A DNA stretch of 64,000 nt. Origin: Lytechinus pictus. Its lineage: Eukaryota. The translations under genes were made by a program, and so were the position numbers. The notes beneath the pieces are model-generated. The model worked only from the letters and a program-made list of their open reading frames with translations. It did not search any database and was not told the DNA's origin. Location of the stretch: contig NC_087251.1 of NCBI RefSeq assembly GCF_037042905.1, positions 49,539,358 through 49,603,357 on the forward strand. The letters run 5' to 3'. Shown in pieces: positions 12,320 through 26,250 of this stretch. Each line of letters opens with the position of its first letter. Position 1 is the stretch's first letter.

Positions 12320-13300
12320 CCATTAATGCGAGCGCGAAGCGATAGCTGAAAGTTTTTGATTTCCAACCTAAAAACTAGACATTCGTAACACTATTTCAAA
12401 TCATGAACAAAATAGGAATTCAACTAAATAATAGATGCGAGCGTGAGCTGAAAGTTTTTGATTTTCTAACCTAAAAACTGGACATTCGTAACACTTTTTC
12501 AAATCATGAACAGGATAGGAATTTAACTAAATGATAGCTGCAGCGAGCGCTAGCTGAAAGTTTTTATTTTCCAACCTAAAAACTGGACATTCATAGCACC
12601 TTAAAAAAATATGAACAGAATAGGAATCTAATCAATGCGAGCTCGAAGCGCGAGCTGAATTTTTTTTTTGATTTTCCAACCTAAATACTGGACATTCTTA
12701 GCACTTGATAATGAACGGAATAGGAATCTAAACAATGAATTCAAGCGCGAAGCGCTAGCTGAAAGTTTTTATTTTCCAGCCTAAATACTGGACATTCATA
12801 GCACCTTAAAAAGAATATGAACAGAATAGGAATCTAATCAATTAATGCGAGCGCGAAGCGCGAGCTGAATTTTTTTTCATTTTCCAACCTAAATACTAGA
12901 CATTGTTAGTACTTTAATTAAAAAAATTATGAACAGGATAGGAATCTAAACAATTATTGCGAGCGCGAAGCAAAAGGTGAAAGTTTTTGATTTTCCAACC
13001 TAATATACTGGACATTCATAGTACTTTGAAATATGAACAGGATAGGAATCTAAACAATTAATGCGGGTGCGAAGCGCGAGCTGAAAGTTTTTATTTTCCA
13101 ACCTAAAAACTGGAAAATCGGAACATTTTTTCAAATCATGAACAGGATAGGAATTTTACTAAACAATATTAGATTCGAGCGCGAAGCGTGTGCTGAAGGT
13201 ATGTCATTTCCGGCCTAAAATTGGTATTATTAGCATATTTTAAAACGAAGGACAGGTTAGCTATTTAACTAATTTTAATTAATGTGAGCGCGAAGCATAT
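12320..13300. repeat. Imperfect tandem array, ~95-112-bp unit containing GCGAGCGCGAAGCGCGAGCTGAA
   Basis: About nine units visible; the same motif family lies on the opposite strand in 1450-2610. Confidence 0.85.
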
Positions 13301-13894
13301 CCTGATTTTTTTTTTCCGACCCAAAAAATCATTTTCTTTTTACCTTATAGCAATAAACAGGATAGTATCTGACTCAACGATATTACTGATGCGAGCGCGA
13401 AATTGATTTTTTATATTCAGATTTATATGTCAACAGGCGTATCCCGCCACAAGCATGTGCTTCTAGGGACCTACGCCTTCTTCTGTACACATAAGCTGTA
13501 TATATTTATATTCTTTATGGTAATTGATTTCTTATGAATTCTTGTTAACAAAAATGAAGAAATTTTGTAAAATGGAGGAAAATAAATGTTTATTTGAAAT
13601 GAAAACTGGATCTTTCAAGCACTTTTGAAATAAAGAACAAGCAGTTTATCTCAATAAGCAATGCGAGCGCAAAGCGCGAGCTATTTTTTTTAAAGATTTA
13701 AACCTACAAATTATGAAAAAGATGGATATCTTCCTAAATAAATTATTTGATTTTATATATTTCGATCTAAAAAGTGAACAAAATTCTAAGCACGTGTTGA
13801 AATAAAAAGATGGCTGTGTATTAATGCAAAGCGCGAGCGAATTTTTTTATTTTTGTACTATGACCTGAAAGTTTTTTTTTTTCCAATTATCCTC

Positions 13895-14172
13895 TCCCTT
13901 CCATCATTTGAGGGGCCCACATTGTACAAGCACTGCTTTTTAGTGGGTCCCCCCATTTCCATCTTAATTTAATTTCTATTGAAAAATTAGTATACATATT
14001 TAAAACCTACAATGTGTTGCCGAAATTGTCTAAGTGTTTTTTCACAACATAATGTATCATTAATTTTGTTTGCAACGGATACAAATATTTATATTTATAC
14101 ATGGTATACAATTTGTTTTTGTTTGATGGAAGTGAAATAAATAAATTTGAATTTGAATTGAATTTGAATTTA
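13895..14172 (+). mobile_element. Isolated LINE (CR1/L2 group) 3' end
   Basis: Hairpin GGGGCCCAC...GTGGGTCCCC, then AATAAA and a (TTTGAA)n tail. Confidence 0.45.
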
Positions 14173-15198
14173 ATTTTCTTCCTCGTCCTATCTTTCTTAT
14201 TTTTCTTCTCACCTTCCAATTTTAATAAATGATTTGTAATCCAAAAGTAAAACAAAGAAAATCGGCCTCTTTGAATATGACTGGTTATCTATAGCACATG
14301 TTATCCCAACGACCTAGATTTTAGCTTTTAATCATTAATACCTGTTAAAAAGTTTAAGGCCTCCTCTCGCTAGGAGTACAAGTGTGAGAAAGTTCAATGG
14401 GGGTGCCGGGCGTGGAGCCTAGCATGAGAGATGCGTAATAAGATTAACACAATAGAAACGCTGTTTAACTTTTAAACAGCGTTTTTACAGTGAGGGGTAT
14501 GATAGTCACGTAACAGAAGTGTATACGAGAAACAAGGTGGGCCCCAAAAATGTCCCGACTAAATAATTCATTGATAGAAAATTTAGAATCAATAAGCGTT
14601 AAAGATTAAACATCAAATTTATAACTAAAAAACTAACAATATACCATTTTTTTTTCAATCTGAAAATGACTGCCCAAAGGTTTTTTCAAGAAAATCTTAT
14701 ATTTTCTTTCGTTTTTTAATGAGAAATTTGGTACACTTACTCTTAATAATATAAGGAACACTATTAACCAAAAGATTTTGTGAAATAAGAAGAAATTCAT
14801 GTTAAATCTTAACTCAAATTGTTAGGTGCGCAGACTTGGGGCCCACCATCATACAATGCTATATTGTTAGTGTGTTTGCATGCCTAGTATTATTTGGGTT
14901 TTTTTTTTGTTAAGCTAAATTTATTTTTGTTGATATTACTTTTTGTCACAATAACTTTGATCTGTCTCAATAAGTTGTAAAATTACAACATTTACAACTT
15001 ATTAAACATACAAATATAAAAAAAAAAGTTTTCAACCTTATTTTCTCTTTCCTTCTTTCTTGGTCTCCAAAATACGCTCTCTACGTTCGACGTTTTTCTT
15101 CTTCGCGACTAATCTTACCGTAATAATAATATAGAGCTAGGTATCCTTTGTTTTGTTTGGGAAATTAGAGCTACTGCAGTCAGCAGTTATTTATCAAA

Positions 15199-15250
15199 AT
15201 GGAAACCAGTCGACGAGCAACACATTGTGGTACATGGTATTCCAGTTCAG
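15199..15250 (+). CDS. MEMO1: MEMO1 coding exon 1 (METSRRATHCGTWYSSS, phase 1)
   Basis: caaaATGG context; matches the MEMO1 N-terminal RxAsHAGSWY motif; donor CAG|GTATGT; phase fits exon 2. Confidence 0.85.
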
Positions 15251-15879
15251 GTATGTATTCTTTATCTTACTTTGGATTGATTTAAATTACTGCTTCATTT
15301 GGCTTAATTCATCGTCGACATCGGTGACATTGATGCCGATGATTTATCCTACCGTCACGCAGAAGGCCATTCCCATTACTAGCGTGTACGATTTCTTATA
15401 CACAAAAATAAATAGGCGATAACACATTTCCTTGAATCATTGAGCGTAAAAAGAAAAATCACTGGCTGTGGAAGTGGCTTAGGAAAGACTTCTTTACTAT
15501 TCAATTCATTTATTTGACATCCTTTAAAAACATACAAACATATATGGTTGGAACTACCCCTTATCGACCACCTAATTTTCTAAGCATCATATCTGCGAAA
15601 ATATTTATCAGTTTTACCTAGTTTTCGTCTCATTTGTCATTTTGTGCAGAAAATTGAGCAGATCAGATTCCCATGTTTCGATCGGCGACTCCGATTCAAT
15701 TCGCGTATATATCGGCGAACAACGAATACGACGGTTTTAAATTTGCTCATTTGCACCCTTCTTTTGAAACCGACCACCCGCGATCCACTAAGTTTACGGC
15801 CGATTCTCGTCGCGGTGGCGAAATATTTTGACTCTTCCAAATCAGTTCTGTGATGTCAACATGCTAAATGATCGTCGCA

Positions 15880-16175
15880 CTACTTACTTACTTGGATTTA
15901 CTTGGATGTAGAGATGTAAAGCTTGTAGCTTATTTGCCCCTCGTCACGTTGGATAGTCTCTGGTAGGGTAAAAACTTTAGTGGATGGTTTTTCCAGTGCC
16001 TCTCATTCTCAATAGCTGATTTGAACATATTGACACTTGATGCTGAAACTGCTTCCTCTGGTAAAGCATTCCAGTTATTTACACTCCTAATTGAAAAGGC
16101 ATTTTGCCTTATTTGCAATTTGCATCTGTTTTTTCTTAATTTCATGCTGTGACCTCTGGTTCTACTGCGAGCTCT
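15880..16175 (-). mobile_element. CR1-type LINE 3' fragment inside a TIR-bounded element (~15755-16428)
   Basis: TRGHSMKL...FSIRSVNNWNALPEEAVSASSVNMFK is a typical CR1 ORF2 end, followed by a (AAGT)n-like tail. Flanking inverted motif CTTTTGAAACCGACCACC. Confidence 0.75.
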
Positions 16176-16559
16176 GGCATATGATTCGACGATTGACGAC
16201 GGATATTTGTTCTAAAGCCGTTTCCTATCGGAAACGGGGGCGGGTTTGGGTCGAGTCAAAACAATTTTGATAAATTCTACTAAATTTTTACCATTTCCCC
16301 CTTCTTTTTCTCTCGTAAAATCGATTCTTACCGTTCATATGGACACTGCGCCTACTCTCCCGCGCGTATCGTTTGTAATACGCAATAATTTTAATGCGCG
16401 CAAGGTGGTCGGTTTCAAAAGAGGTGGTCGATATGTGGTGGTCTCACTATACAAGTATAATATGATACAACAACAAAGGAGTAGAAGAATTTAAATCACA
16501 GTAAAATGGTAGAAATATATATAAAAGAAATGAAAAGAAAAATGTAGCGGATGTAGGAA

Positions 16560-19500
16560 GGAAGTCAGAAAGGCCATTGACCTGTCAAAGCCGACTCCCT
16601 TGATTATTTCATTATTATGGTACGATTAAAACAAATAGAATAGTGGCAAAAAAATATAACAGACATGAACATATTGGCATCACCCCCCCCCCCCTTTAGA
16701 TAGGCAGTTGGAATTTTATCTTAACTATATAAGTAGACAGTTGGTTTCAGGTGTGTGAGAGTTCAGATTTTTTTGTTTTGAATTTCAGCTTAATTTTAGC
16801 TTATATTTGGCCTTCCTCTGTACAAAAAGTATTGGAGCTCTTTCTATTTCAGACTTTTTCAACACTCTTCAGCTTTTTTCAGTTTTTTTTTATTCGTGAC
16901 CACTCACACCCCTGGTTGGTTTTGTTTCAATCTATGTTTCAATGATTAGGATGTAACAGACAATTTTAAAGTATCGGGTAAATTATTCCACAAGCTTGGT
17001 CCTTTTATAACGAATTGTAGATTAAAAAAGTGTATAACGAAAGAACGGTATATATAGTTTGTTTGAATTTCTCGTAACATAATTATTTATACTGCTATTA
17101 AATATAAAATAAGTATTAAAACAAGATGGAAAAGTAGAATTTAAATTGAAATATTTGTACGTAAATGAAATAATTTGTGATTCATAAAGTTCATTTAGCT
17201 TTAAAATTTTGAGCTTAAAAAATAAAATCTGTGTATGAGCTCTAAAAAAAGAATTTTTTATTACCCTTATTGCACGTTTTTGAATCACATATATCCTTTG
17301 GAATAAATATGGTGCACAGCCACCCCAGATAATCAGACAATAATTTAAATGTGGCAAGATCAAGTATTATATTTACAAGGATGCGTAATGGTAAAAATTT
17401 TTTGACTCTGTTCAATACTCCAATTACTCTAGAAATCTTTTTACAAATCTATATGATATTTCCATGTCATATTTTCATCAAGAATTACTCTACATGTATG
17501 GGTACAATTGCCTCTGTTTAGTGTAATCTTTGTACGAGTTTCGTTCTCAAGTAGTTTTTTGATAATTTGGAAAAATATTCTCTGAACACTTTTGTGCCAG
17601 CCAAATATGTGTCATCTACTGATTCATAGACGCAGTGTGATGTAACATGAAGAAATAAGAGTAAATTATAGAATCAGATGAGGCTTTATTGCTTCAAACA
17701 AGTTTTCAGCAATCAAATTTGCATAAAAGGTGTACTGGCTATCTGTTATGTTACCAGAATAATCTGAAGATTCGGACACATCAAAGTCATCATTGTCAGT
17801 CTACACTGTCAAAATTGAAACCATGAGGTCATAATTAACAATAGATTGATTTATCTCCTAAGACTTTAATTAATTTGTGCTTTTCCTTTTGAAATTTTTG
17901 CAGCTTCTTTTTTTTTTTGAAGGTGTAACCTACAACTATATAGTTGTATTTTTATTGAAGGTGTAACCTACAACTATATTTTATCTCTCCTCATTTTCTA
18001 TACATTAGACAGGCACAATTTCTATCGTGTTAATTTCATGATTTACATCAATTAATTATACTAATTAGCTTAATAAGGTATCCTTTAAACTTAAAAGTTC
18101 TAATTTGGCCCATTTATGATTAGAGAATAAGCCAGTGAGCTCCAAAACTATTCATATTTAGGTCCTGTGATGTTACATATTTAGTTTCTTAATGAAATAA
18201 AAATTTATGCTCACCTCGTCATGTCTACCACTATGCAAAAATGGCAAATTGATGTTACATAATCGCTAATTACTGGTAAATGAAGTAATCTCAGTTATTT
18301 CTTTTTCTTTCCAGTAATTGGTATAAAGATTCCCTTTGATGTGATACCAAATATACCCATGTTGCACATGTATTTAAAGTTAAATTATAACATTAATCAT
18401 TTCTGTGCTTGTCGTGAAAATGTAAAGATACCACCTATTTGCGGGCCCAACATAAAACGCATGGCCTAATAACTTTTCAATAATAACAATGGAGTCCCTC
18501 TAATTTCATAAAAATACAATTTATGGAATAAAATATTAAAATCAATTCAATCAAAAGCTTTTGATAGATCTAAAAATATACTGATTAAAAATTCATTGCA
18601 CTCAAAAGCCTGAGATATGCTATCAACAAATTTAAAAGTGCATGGCAAGTAGTATGGTTTTTTTCTAAAACCAAATTGCTTTTCGAATAAGATGTTATTA
18701 CTTTCAATAAAAGCAAATATTATATATGAATTTTTTCAAAGACCTTACTGAAAATTGATAGTACTGGTATAGGTCTATAATTATTTAGTGAAGATGTATT
18801 ACCACTTTTAAAAACCAGAGTTACTCAGGCGATTTGAGTGCATCAGGAAATATACCATGGTTCTATGGCCAAGTTAATGATATTACAAAGAGAAGTCAAG
18901 ACTATATGAATAGATTTCTTCAAGACTTTGGGGTGAACGTTATCATACCCTGGACCTCATATCAAGTTTTAGGACAATGTTTAAAATATCCCTCTCCGTA
19001 GCAGGATGTAAAAACAACGACTTTTCAAAATTACCAGTCATGCACTCTCTAAATTAATTTTCTATGCTATTTCCATGATTACTGTTGATGTTTTCAATTA
19101 GCTTCACACCTACTGAAGTGAAATGGTTATTGAACTCATTAACTATTTCCTGTTGATCAGTTATTGTATTACCATTTATTTCTAACTCTCTTACAATTGT
19201 TTTCGATATATTTCTGCTTAAAGTCTGGTTTATAACATTCCATGTCCCTTTCATATAACATGTACCTTGTAGTTTGGCACATTTCGTGTGAAAATACTCG
19301 CGTTCCTTTTCTCTTATCAAGTTACTGAGATCATTACGGCACCTTTTATAGGCGTTTTCACATGTATCAGATTTACTCTTAAGGTATTTTTGGTACAAAG
19401 CATTTTTCGTTTACTTAGGTTTATGATCTCTTTCGTTATCCATGGTTTTCTTTTTAAGTTTACTTTCTTTTTCTTTATCCTTGCACTAAAATATTGATTA

Positions 19501-20050
19501 TAAACATCTCTATATAGCTTCAGAAAACAATCATACCTTATGTACATTGTGTTCAAAACATCCCAATTTACTTTGCTTAGTTACAAAATAGGTTTATATT
19601 TTCATCACTGTAGTCTATTTTTTCAGTTTCAATATATTTTTCCTCATTAAAGTTATTATTTTCCAGTACAATAAATGGTGACAGATGATCACTAACGTCC
19701 GTAATTACAATACCACTTTGAATAACTTTGTCAGAAAAGTTATGAAATATATTATCGACAGTCATCGCAGTAGTGTTGGTAATTCTTGTTGGGTTATGAA
19801 TAAAAGGTAAGTATGAGAAAGTAACAAAGCTATTGAAAAAATCTGCAGTGTCAATGTCTTCATTTCTTTTGAGAAAATCGACATTAAATTCCCCTATTAT
19901 TATGCATTCTTTATTTTCTCCTGCAATCTTACCCATACTTCCACTAATATCGTTTAAAGCATCTACAATTTTCCGATTTGGCGGACGATACATCGCAGCT
20001 ACAATATTATTCTTAATCTTATTTGGGATTTCAGTGAACAGGCTTTCAAT
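16560..20050 (-). mobile_element. Degraded CR1/L2-group LINE ORF2 (APE endonuclease and RT), interrupted by an unrelated insert at ~17520-18590
   Basis: YRPPN, IIGEFNVD, PTRIT and SDH endonuclease motifs (19577-19993); NYRPI and QFGFR RT motifs (~18650-18790); ILPHLNYCLIIWGG..IQKRAIRVI C-terminus (17022-17363); many frameshifts. Confidence 0.85.
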
Positions 20051-20351
20051 ATTTTATGTCCCCTTCACTAATAAAAAAAACACTTATCTCCGAAACCCCC
20101 TTCTATCATCATTCTCTTCTTTTTTTTTCTTCATGTTCTTCTGGTTGGGAACTTGGTGGAAAAAGATTTAGCTTGGACGAAAGCTAGACCTGGAAACTTG
20201 GCTGCAGCTTTCTGCATTTTTCCAGTACATGCGGTATTAAATAGGTAATAGGTTGGTTGGATTTGAACCTGTCGCTGCAAAACTAGGCATCTCCTTTCTG
20301 TCGCCTTAGCTCACTGAGCTTAGACAGCTGGCTGCCGTCTGTTTCGAGGAG

Positions 20352-21176
20352 TTTTTGTCTCGCCTGCATAGCAGAGCGAGACTATAGGCACCGCTTTTCC
20401 GACGGCGGCGGCGTCAACATAAAATCTTAACCTAAGGTTAAGATTTTGAAATGACATCATAACTTAGAAAGTATATGGACCTAGTTCATGAAACTTGGGC
20501 ATAGGGTAATAATCAAGTATTAGTGAATATCCTGTGCAAGTTTCAGGTCACATGACCATGGTCAATGGTCATTTAAGGTCAATGAACTTTGGCCGTGTTG
20601 GGGGTATTTGTTAAATTACCATCCTAACTCTGAAAGTTTATGGATCTAGTTTATAAAACTTGGACATAAGAGTAATCAAGTATCACTGAACTTCCTGTAC
20701 GAGTTTCAGATCACATGACCATGGTCAAAGGTCATTTAAGGTCAACGAACTTTGGCCGTGTTGGGGGTATTTGTTGAATTACCATCCTAACTCTGAAAGT
20801 TTATGGATCTAGTTCATAAAACTTGGGATATAAGAGTAATCAAGTATCACTGAACATCCCCTGTGATTTTCAGGTCACAAAACCAAGGTCAAAGGTCAGT
20901 TAAGGTCAATAAACTTAGGCCATGTTGGGGTAATTGTTGAAGTGCCATCATAACTTTGAAAGTTTAAGGATAGAGTGAATGAAATGTGGACATGGGTGTA
21001 GTTGACAGTCTTAAGTCTCCGTTCAAATGTCATTTATGGTCAATGAACGTGGTATTATGCCATTATATGAATGGTGTTTTTGTGAATGATTATTTTATAG
21101 TAGTTTTCAAAGTTAGCACTGCTGCTATATTAAATCGCGTAATGCAGGCGAGACTGCCAGAGGCGTTCCACTTGTT
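20352..21176 (+). mobile_element. Helentron-associated (HINE/DINE-1/pearl-like) element with internal tandem repeats
   Basis: 5' GTCTCGCCTGCA subTIR with adjacent GCGAGAC palindrome partner, (GGC)n, ~160-bp repeats, 3' TGCAGGCGAGAC plus short hairpin and CTTGTT; T-rich site, no TSD. Confidence 0.75.
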
Positions 21177-21509
21177 TAACATTTTTAAACATTTTTTATT
21201 TCTCCTCGTACACAGACGGCTCGCTATCGTGCAGCCACCATTACATACCTTGTAACATACCTTGTGGGCTTAAAGTTTTACCTATAAAACTAAAACTTGT
21301 TTGCCCCTCTCCTTCCAATTTCTTGAAGTCAGTAAAGTGGAAGATAGACTGGTACTGGTTATATGGCGATGTGTGGTTTCAGCAGATTAAGGTATTAATG
21401 AGAGCATGGGCAAGTAAAAGATTGGTCAGGGTTAAACTTTTCCTTTTTGAGCTCCCAAGTTTTCTCTAGATTTGACTTAGACGGGTCAATATACCAAAAA
21501 TACCCTTAC

Positions 21510-22420
21510 CCAGAACAAATTGCAACAAATGATTTTTCAATGGTTTTTTGTACTATTTGACCTCAGGAATAACATACTAAAAATCTACCAATATCCACAT
21601 CCGGGAAAGTGGTTATTTTCAAGATGGCGTCCAAGATGGCCGCCATTCACTGAAAATGGATACAACGGACTCATTATCCACCCTACACTGTAGAATCCTA
21701 TTTCGGTTCACATTCTATGGTCTAGGGGTTAGAAAAATGGTTGATACAGGCTAGAGTGAATTATAAGCCCTCCAGTGTACCTGAAAATCCAAGATAGCGC
21801 CCAAAATAAGCTGCCGTTGGCTAAAAAATCCACAATTCATCTAAGTGGCTTTAATTTGGTTTTTATTCAATGATTTAACGGTGAGGTAGTACATTAGAAC
21901 AAGTTACAAGGGCAGCCAGTGGTCTGGTGTGTCCAAAAATCCAAGATGGCTTCCAAAAATGAAGTTTAAAATGGCTGTTGATAATAAAAATGGACATAGT
22001 TCATTTCATATCTGCCTGGGAAATAATGATTTTGGTGTCTAGACCATGTTTTCAATGGTCAAATAAGACATGGGACAAGTTACAAGGACATTCAGTGGTC
22101 CAGTATGTTAAAAATCCAAGATGGCTTCCAAAAATGGAGTCTAAAATTACTGTTGCTACTTTAAAAAAAAACGACATAGTTTGCTCAATATCCAGAAATA
22201 TGATGTTTGTATCTATACCATGGTTAAATGGGTTAAATAATACATTGGGACAAGTTACAAGGAAAGTCAGTGGTCTGGTATGTGCAAAAATCCACGATGG
22301 ATTCCAAAACTTGATTCTGAAATGGCTGCTAATACTTAAAGCGGACACAGTTAATTTCATTTTGGCCTGGGAGATGTAATTTTTATGTCAAAACCACTGG
22401 TTTCAAGGGTCAAATAATTA
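21510..22420. repeat. Interspersed repeat with AATCCAAGATGGC units; inverted-orientation relative at ~54250-54926
   Basis: 21520-21660 is a reverse-complement match to 54580-54720; family not identified. Confidence 0.65.
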
Positions 22421-22664
22421 GACCTCCCAACATTTCCGCTTTTGGCAGAAAATTTATGTTTTTTTATTGTTTTAGGATTTTCTGATAATTGTCCATTATT
22501 TTCCGCAAAATAAGAATTTTGAGCAATGTACATGTACATGCCTTTATCGAAAGAGGGCAGTAGACATATTCATTCAGCAGGTTACGGTTGTATAGCACGT
22601 ATGCACGCGCACGCCATATGGCGAACACTGAACCATACCACTACGTACCATAGTGTACCATAGT

Positions 22665-22990
22665 GTACCATATAGTATTAAAACAATGCTAATTCCACAT
22701 GGTCAGCGAGGAATTAGTCGTCGTATCTTTGACAATGAGGAGAAAATTAGAATATTTCGTATTTCATATAATAAAATACAAAAGAAATAGTGAGTGGATG
22801 ACATCATAGTCTCCTCATTTGCATACCAGCCAGGATGTACATATAACTGTTTTGTGAAATTAAGCGAAACTTTAAAATGTCATAACTTTCTTATTTTACA
22901 TCCGATTTTTACTGAAATTTTCAGTGTTATGCTTGTTGGATTTTTCTCTTTTTATTCAAATCAACTTTTTGTTGGGGTGGACTTGTCCTT
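22665..22990. mobile_element. Right half of Kolobok/T2-like MITE family A
   Basis: Colinear with the right half of 11689-12294, ending GGGGTGGACTTGTCCT. Confidence 0.85.
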
Positions 22991-23954
22991 CAAAAATATC
23001 ACTGACCTCAGATTTTACGAGCGGGCTTATCGTGTTATGTAAGTGGGCTCTTACCTTCGCCTGGCGGCTCGCCGATTTATGTTAGATATTGTTCCTTCGC
23101 CAGAAGGAAGCGATAACAAAGGATTAACAGAGGAATGGAAGAAGCATAGAGCTATTATTAGCTCCATGGAAGAAGGATCTCCTTCTGTGTTTTATACATG
23201 TAGCTTCATGATGTATCCAAGTCCCCTGGTGGCTAAATTCATATCCCTGCAAAATCTCGTGAATTATGAGACTTTTTTCTCAAAGAATTTAACCATGTTC
23301 TCCTTGAGTAAAATTGAATATTTTTGTACCATAGGAAACAGTAAATGTTACTCTTTTATATTGGTTATTTCTTTTGAATAATATATTTTGATAAATAAGT
23401 GAATTTCAGGCCTGAAAAGATGCCTCAAACAGAGTTTTCTTCCTCTGTTTTCTCTTGCAAATTGTTTTGGGCACAAACATATCATCAGAAAGCTCAAACT
23501 CTACACATTCTTACAATGTCACTCTTGATATGTGTCACCTTTTAGATGGGTCAGCAGCTTGCCTTTTCTATCAAGATGCAAGACGAGATTTCAGAAATTT
23601 CAGAGTAGCATAAAATCTAGAGTTCTGATTGGCTGAATGTTTTCAAAACAACAGGCACGGTTAATTTGAAGAGATTACCACATGGTGAGTGTGACCTTGC
23701 AGAGGCCCAGTGTGGGGAACATTGGAATTTGCGTGGGTGTGTGGTCTCTATGACCAATCAGAGCGCAGTATTCTTGTTTTTGAGCTGCTAAATGTACTTG
23801 GCCTATTAAAAGCTGACTGCTGACCCATTTAAAATACCTCTTCTTAATTATAGAATTATATCATATTAAAGCTTAGATCTTCAGCTTTATCATAATCTAA
23901 AAATCATTTGGGCTCAAACAGAAATTAAGTGTAAAAACAACATCTTTAAGAGAG

Positions 23955-25825
23955 AGTTCACAACATTTCGTTGGCTGCTGCTCAACTTTGTCAAGTGATG
24001 GAGACTTCGGTGCAAGGGCGAAGGTTATAGCGAGTATGCGGACGTCGGAGGGATCTGGCCGAAAGGAAAGTGGGGGAGGTTGCCGTACATCGGTATGCAG
24101 ACATGGGTGACGGCTCGGTGTTGGTGTTGTCGGCGGTGGTTGTTGTTGGTCGGTTGAGGGCGTTCTTCTTCTGTGGTGTTGTCTGATACAGCGCATCCAT
24201 GATTCGGCAATCTCGAAGCCTACGTCTCGATTGAGTGTGTTATAGTGTAGTCGAATCTGGATGGCTTCCTTTACACGTCTGGTATGCCACCGCTGTGCAG
24301 AGTCAATGCATCTGACGCCAGACCAATCGGGTTGGTGTTGTTGTTCCCATGCATGTTCTGCTACTGCCGAAAGTACAATGTTCTGCTGCTTAACGTCTCT
24401 CTGATGTTCAGTTAGCCTCTTTTTTACTGGTCTGCCTGTCTCTCTGACTTATGATAAATTGCAGTCCTTGCATGGTATCTGGTAAACAACACCGTCTCTC
24501 CTGTGATTTGGTACTGGATCTTTGGCTCTGATGAGTTGGTTCATAAGAGTGGTGTCCGGCTTGAAGACAGCGCGGATGTTGTGTTTCTCCAATCGCCGTC
24601 GCAGCTGATGAGCTATGGAGGAGACGTAGGGCAGAACTATTGTTGAAGTGAACTGCTTCTCCTCTAAGATAATCCGCTCCTTAGGTTTGCTAGACTTCTT
24701 GAAAGCCTTGGGGTAACCATTCAGAGCTAGTGCCGACTGGAGATGGCGCTGTTCTGGTGAAAAGTCCGATGGTTGAGAGACAATTCTATTTGCCCTGTCG
24801 TAGAGGCATTTGACAGCATGTGGGTGGTGAAAGTCGTAGCGTAGATACTGCGAGTGGGTTTTCTGTAGACCGTCGTCTTGAGGGTGCCGTCTATCTGCCT
24901 GTGTACCTCAGTGTCTAGGAAGGCTAACGATCCGTTTGATTCATGTTTGGCGGTAAACCTGATGGTGGTTTCCCTTCTGTTCATGAAGTCCATGAGATCG
25001 TTTGAGCTGTGCTTGTTGACGGTGATGAAGGTGTCGTCGACATAATGTTTCCAGATCTTAGGCTTGAGTTTCAGAGGGCAGTTGTTGGCAGTATTTTCAA
25101 AAGCTTCCATATACATGTTGGCGATGACGGCTGATACTGGGCTACCCATGGCGGCGCCCTCTGTTCGTAGAACTTGCCGTCGTAAAGGAAGTAGGTAGAC
25201 GAATTCTAGAAGAGGTTATTTCATCTGGTGTCAGGCTGGTCCCTGCGGCAAGCTTGGGATCTGCTGTGAGGCGATCCCGGGCGACTCTGCATGCTCCTTC
25301 GATTGGGACGTTCGTGAATAGAGACTCCACATCGAAAGAGATCATTGCATCGTCATCTTGTATCGATTGTGTGGCAAAAAAGTCTGCGAAGTCTGCGGAA
25401 TTCCGGACGGTGTGTGGCGAACCCCCAGTGAGGATGTTGGCTAAAAATTTGGATAACTCATAGGCAAAAGAGCCGATGCAGGATACGATGGGGCGTAGCA
25501 GGACGGCTGGTTTGTGTATTTTTGGCAAACCATAGATCCTTGGTGGTTGTTTCCGTTTGGGTCGTTGAATTCCGTTGTTGCCTCTCTATGCATTTGCTGA
25601 AGATGTCATTGCAGACGGCGTCATGTGTCTGGAAGACAGCCTCGGAGTCTTGAGAAGAGAGTGTGGTTCGAATTTCCTTGGTGGTGGAAATGACTTCTCT
25701 TCTGGCTTCATTCTTGGTAAGACGGGTAAGAAAAATTCTTGCCCGGAGAAAACGTAGAGATGCGTTGTCTGCTGCTCTCCTTGCTCCCCTGGTGTGGACC
25801 GCAACTGGTGTGGACAACAACTTAA
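23955..25825 (-). mobile_element. Penelope-like retroelement (RT followed by GIY-YIG endonuclease), frameshifted
   Basis: YGLPKIHKP..LRPIVS, SFDVESLFTNVP, MGSPVSAVIANMYME, YVDDTF, LAFLD and VYRKPT RT motifs; then GVVYQIPCKDC..ETGR..RLTEH..EAIQI..LNRD at ~24230-24500. Confidence 0.92.
23958..23998 (-). ncRNA. Minimal type I hammerhead ribozyme motif (U3-A8 variant) at the Penelope terminus
   Basis: Minus strand reads TCAC-TTGACAA-A-GTTG-AGCAGCAGC-CAAC-GAAA-TGTT-GTGA; helices I and II pair. Confidence 0.6.
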
Positions 25826-26250
25826 GTTGCATGAAAATAAATATTATGTTTCATGTGTTAAATAAAAAGTTTCCCCTATGTTACAACATCCTTTTAAAAA
25901 TCCAAACACAAGATCTGGTAGAATGATTTTTCTTCTTTATAAAGATACCAAAAACATGAAATTTGGTCAATATTTAGAGCAGCAATGGCCGAATAAAAAG
26001 AGGTGTTTTGGCCCGCACCAAGCTCATTAACAATGCAAAAACCCTCTAGCTATGAATATCACTTGGATAAAAGAAGCTACTTTTTGAGGGCTTGCCGACT
26101 GACTGAAAGCTTTAACTCAAAATCATGATACTGATTTTATAATCAGAAATATTATATATCAAGTTAATTTAGTGGATTGGATGTTTTTAATTAGTCTTAA
26201 AGAGACTAATTGCATTTTGAAGAAAAAAACGTGATTTGACTATATTAGGA

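Noticed and set aside
20250..20335. Minus-strand tRNA-like sequence with A/B-box-like words
   Set aside because: No consistent cloverleaf or acceptor pairing; at most a decayed SINE head.
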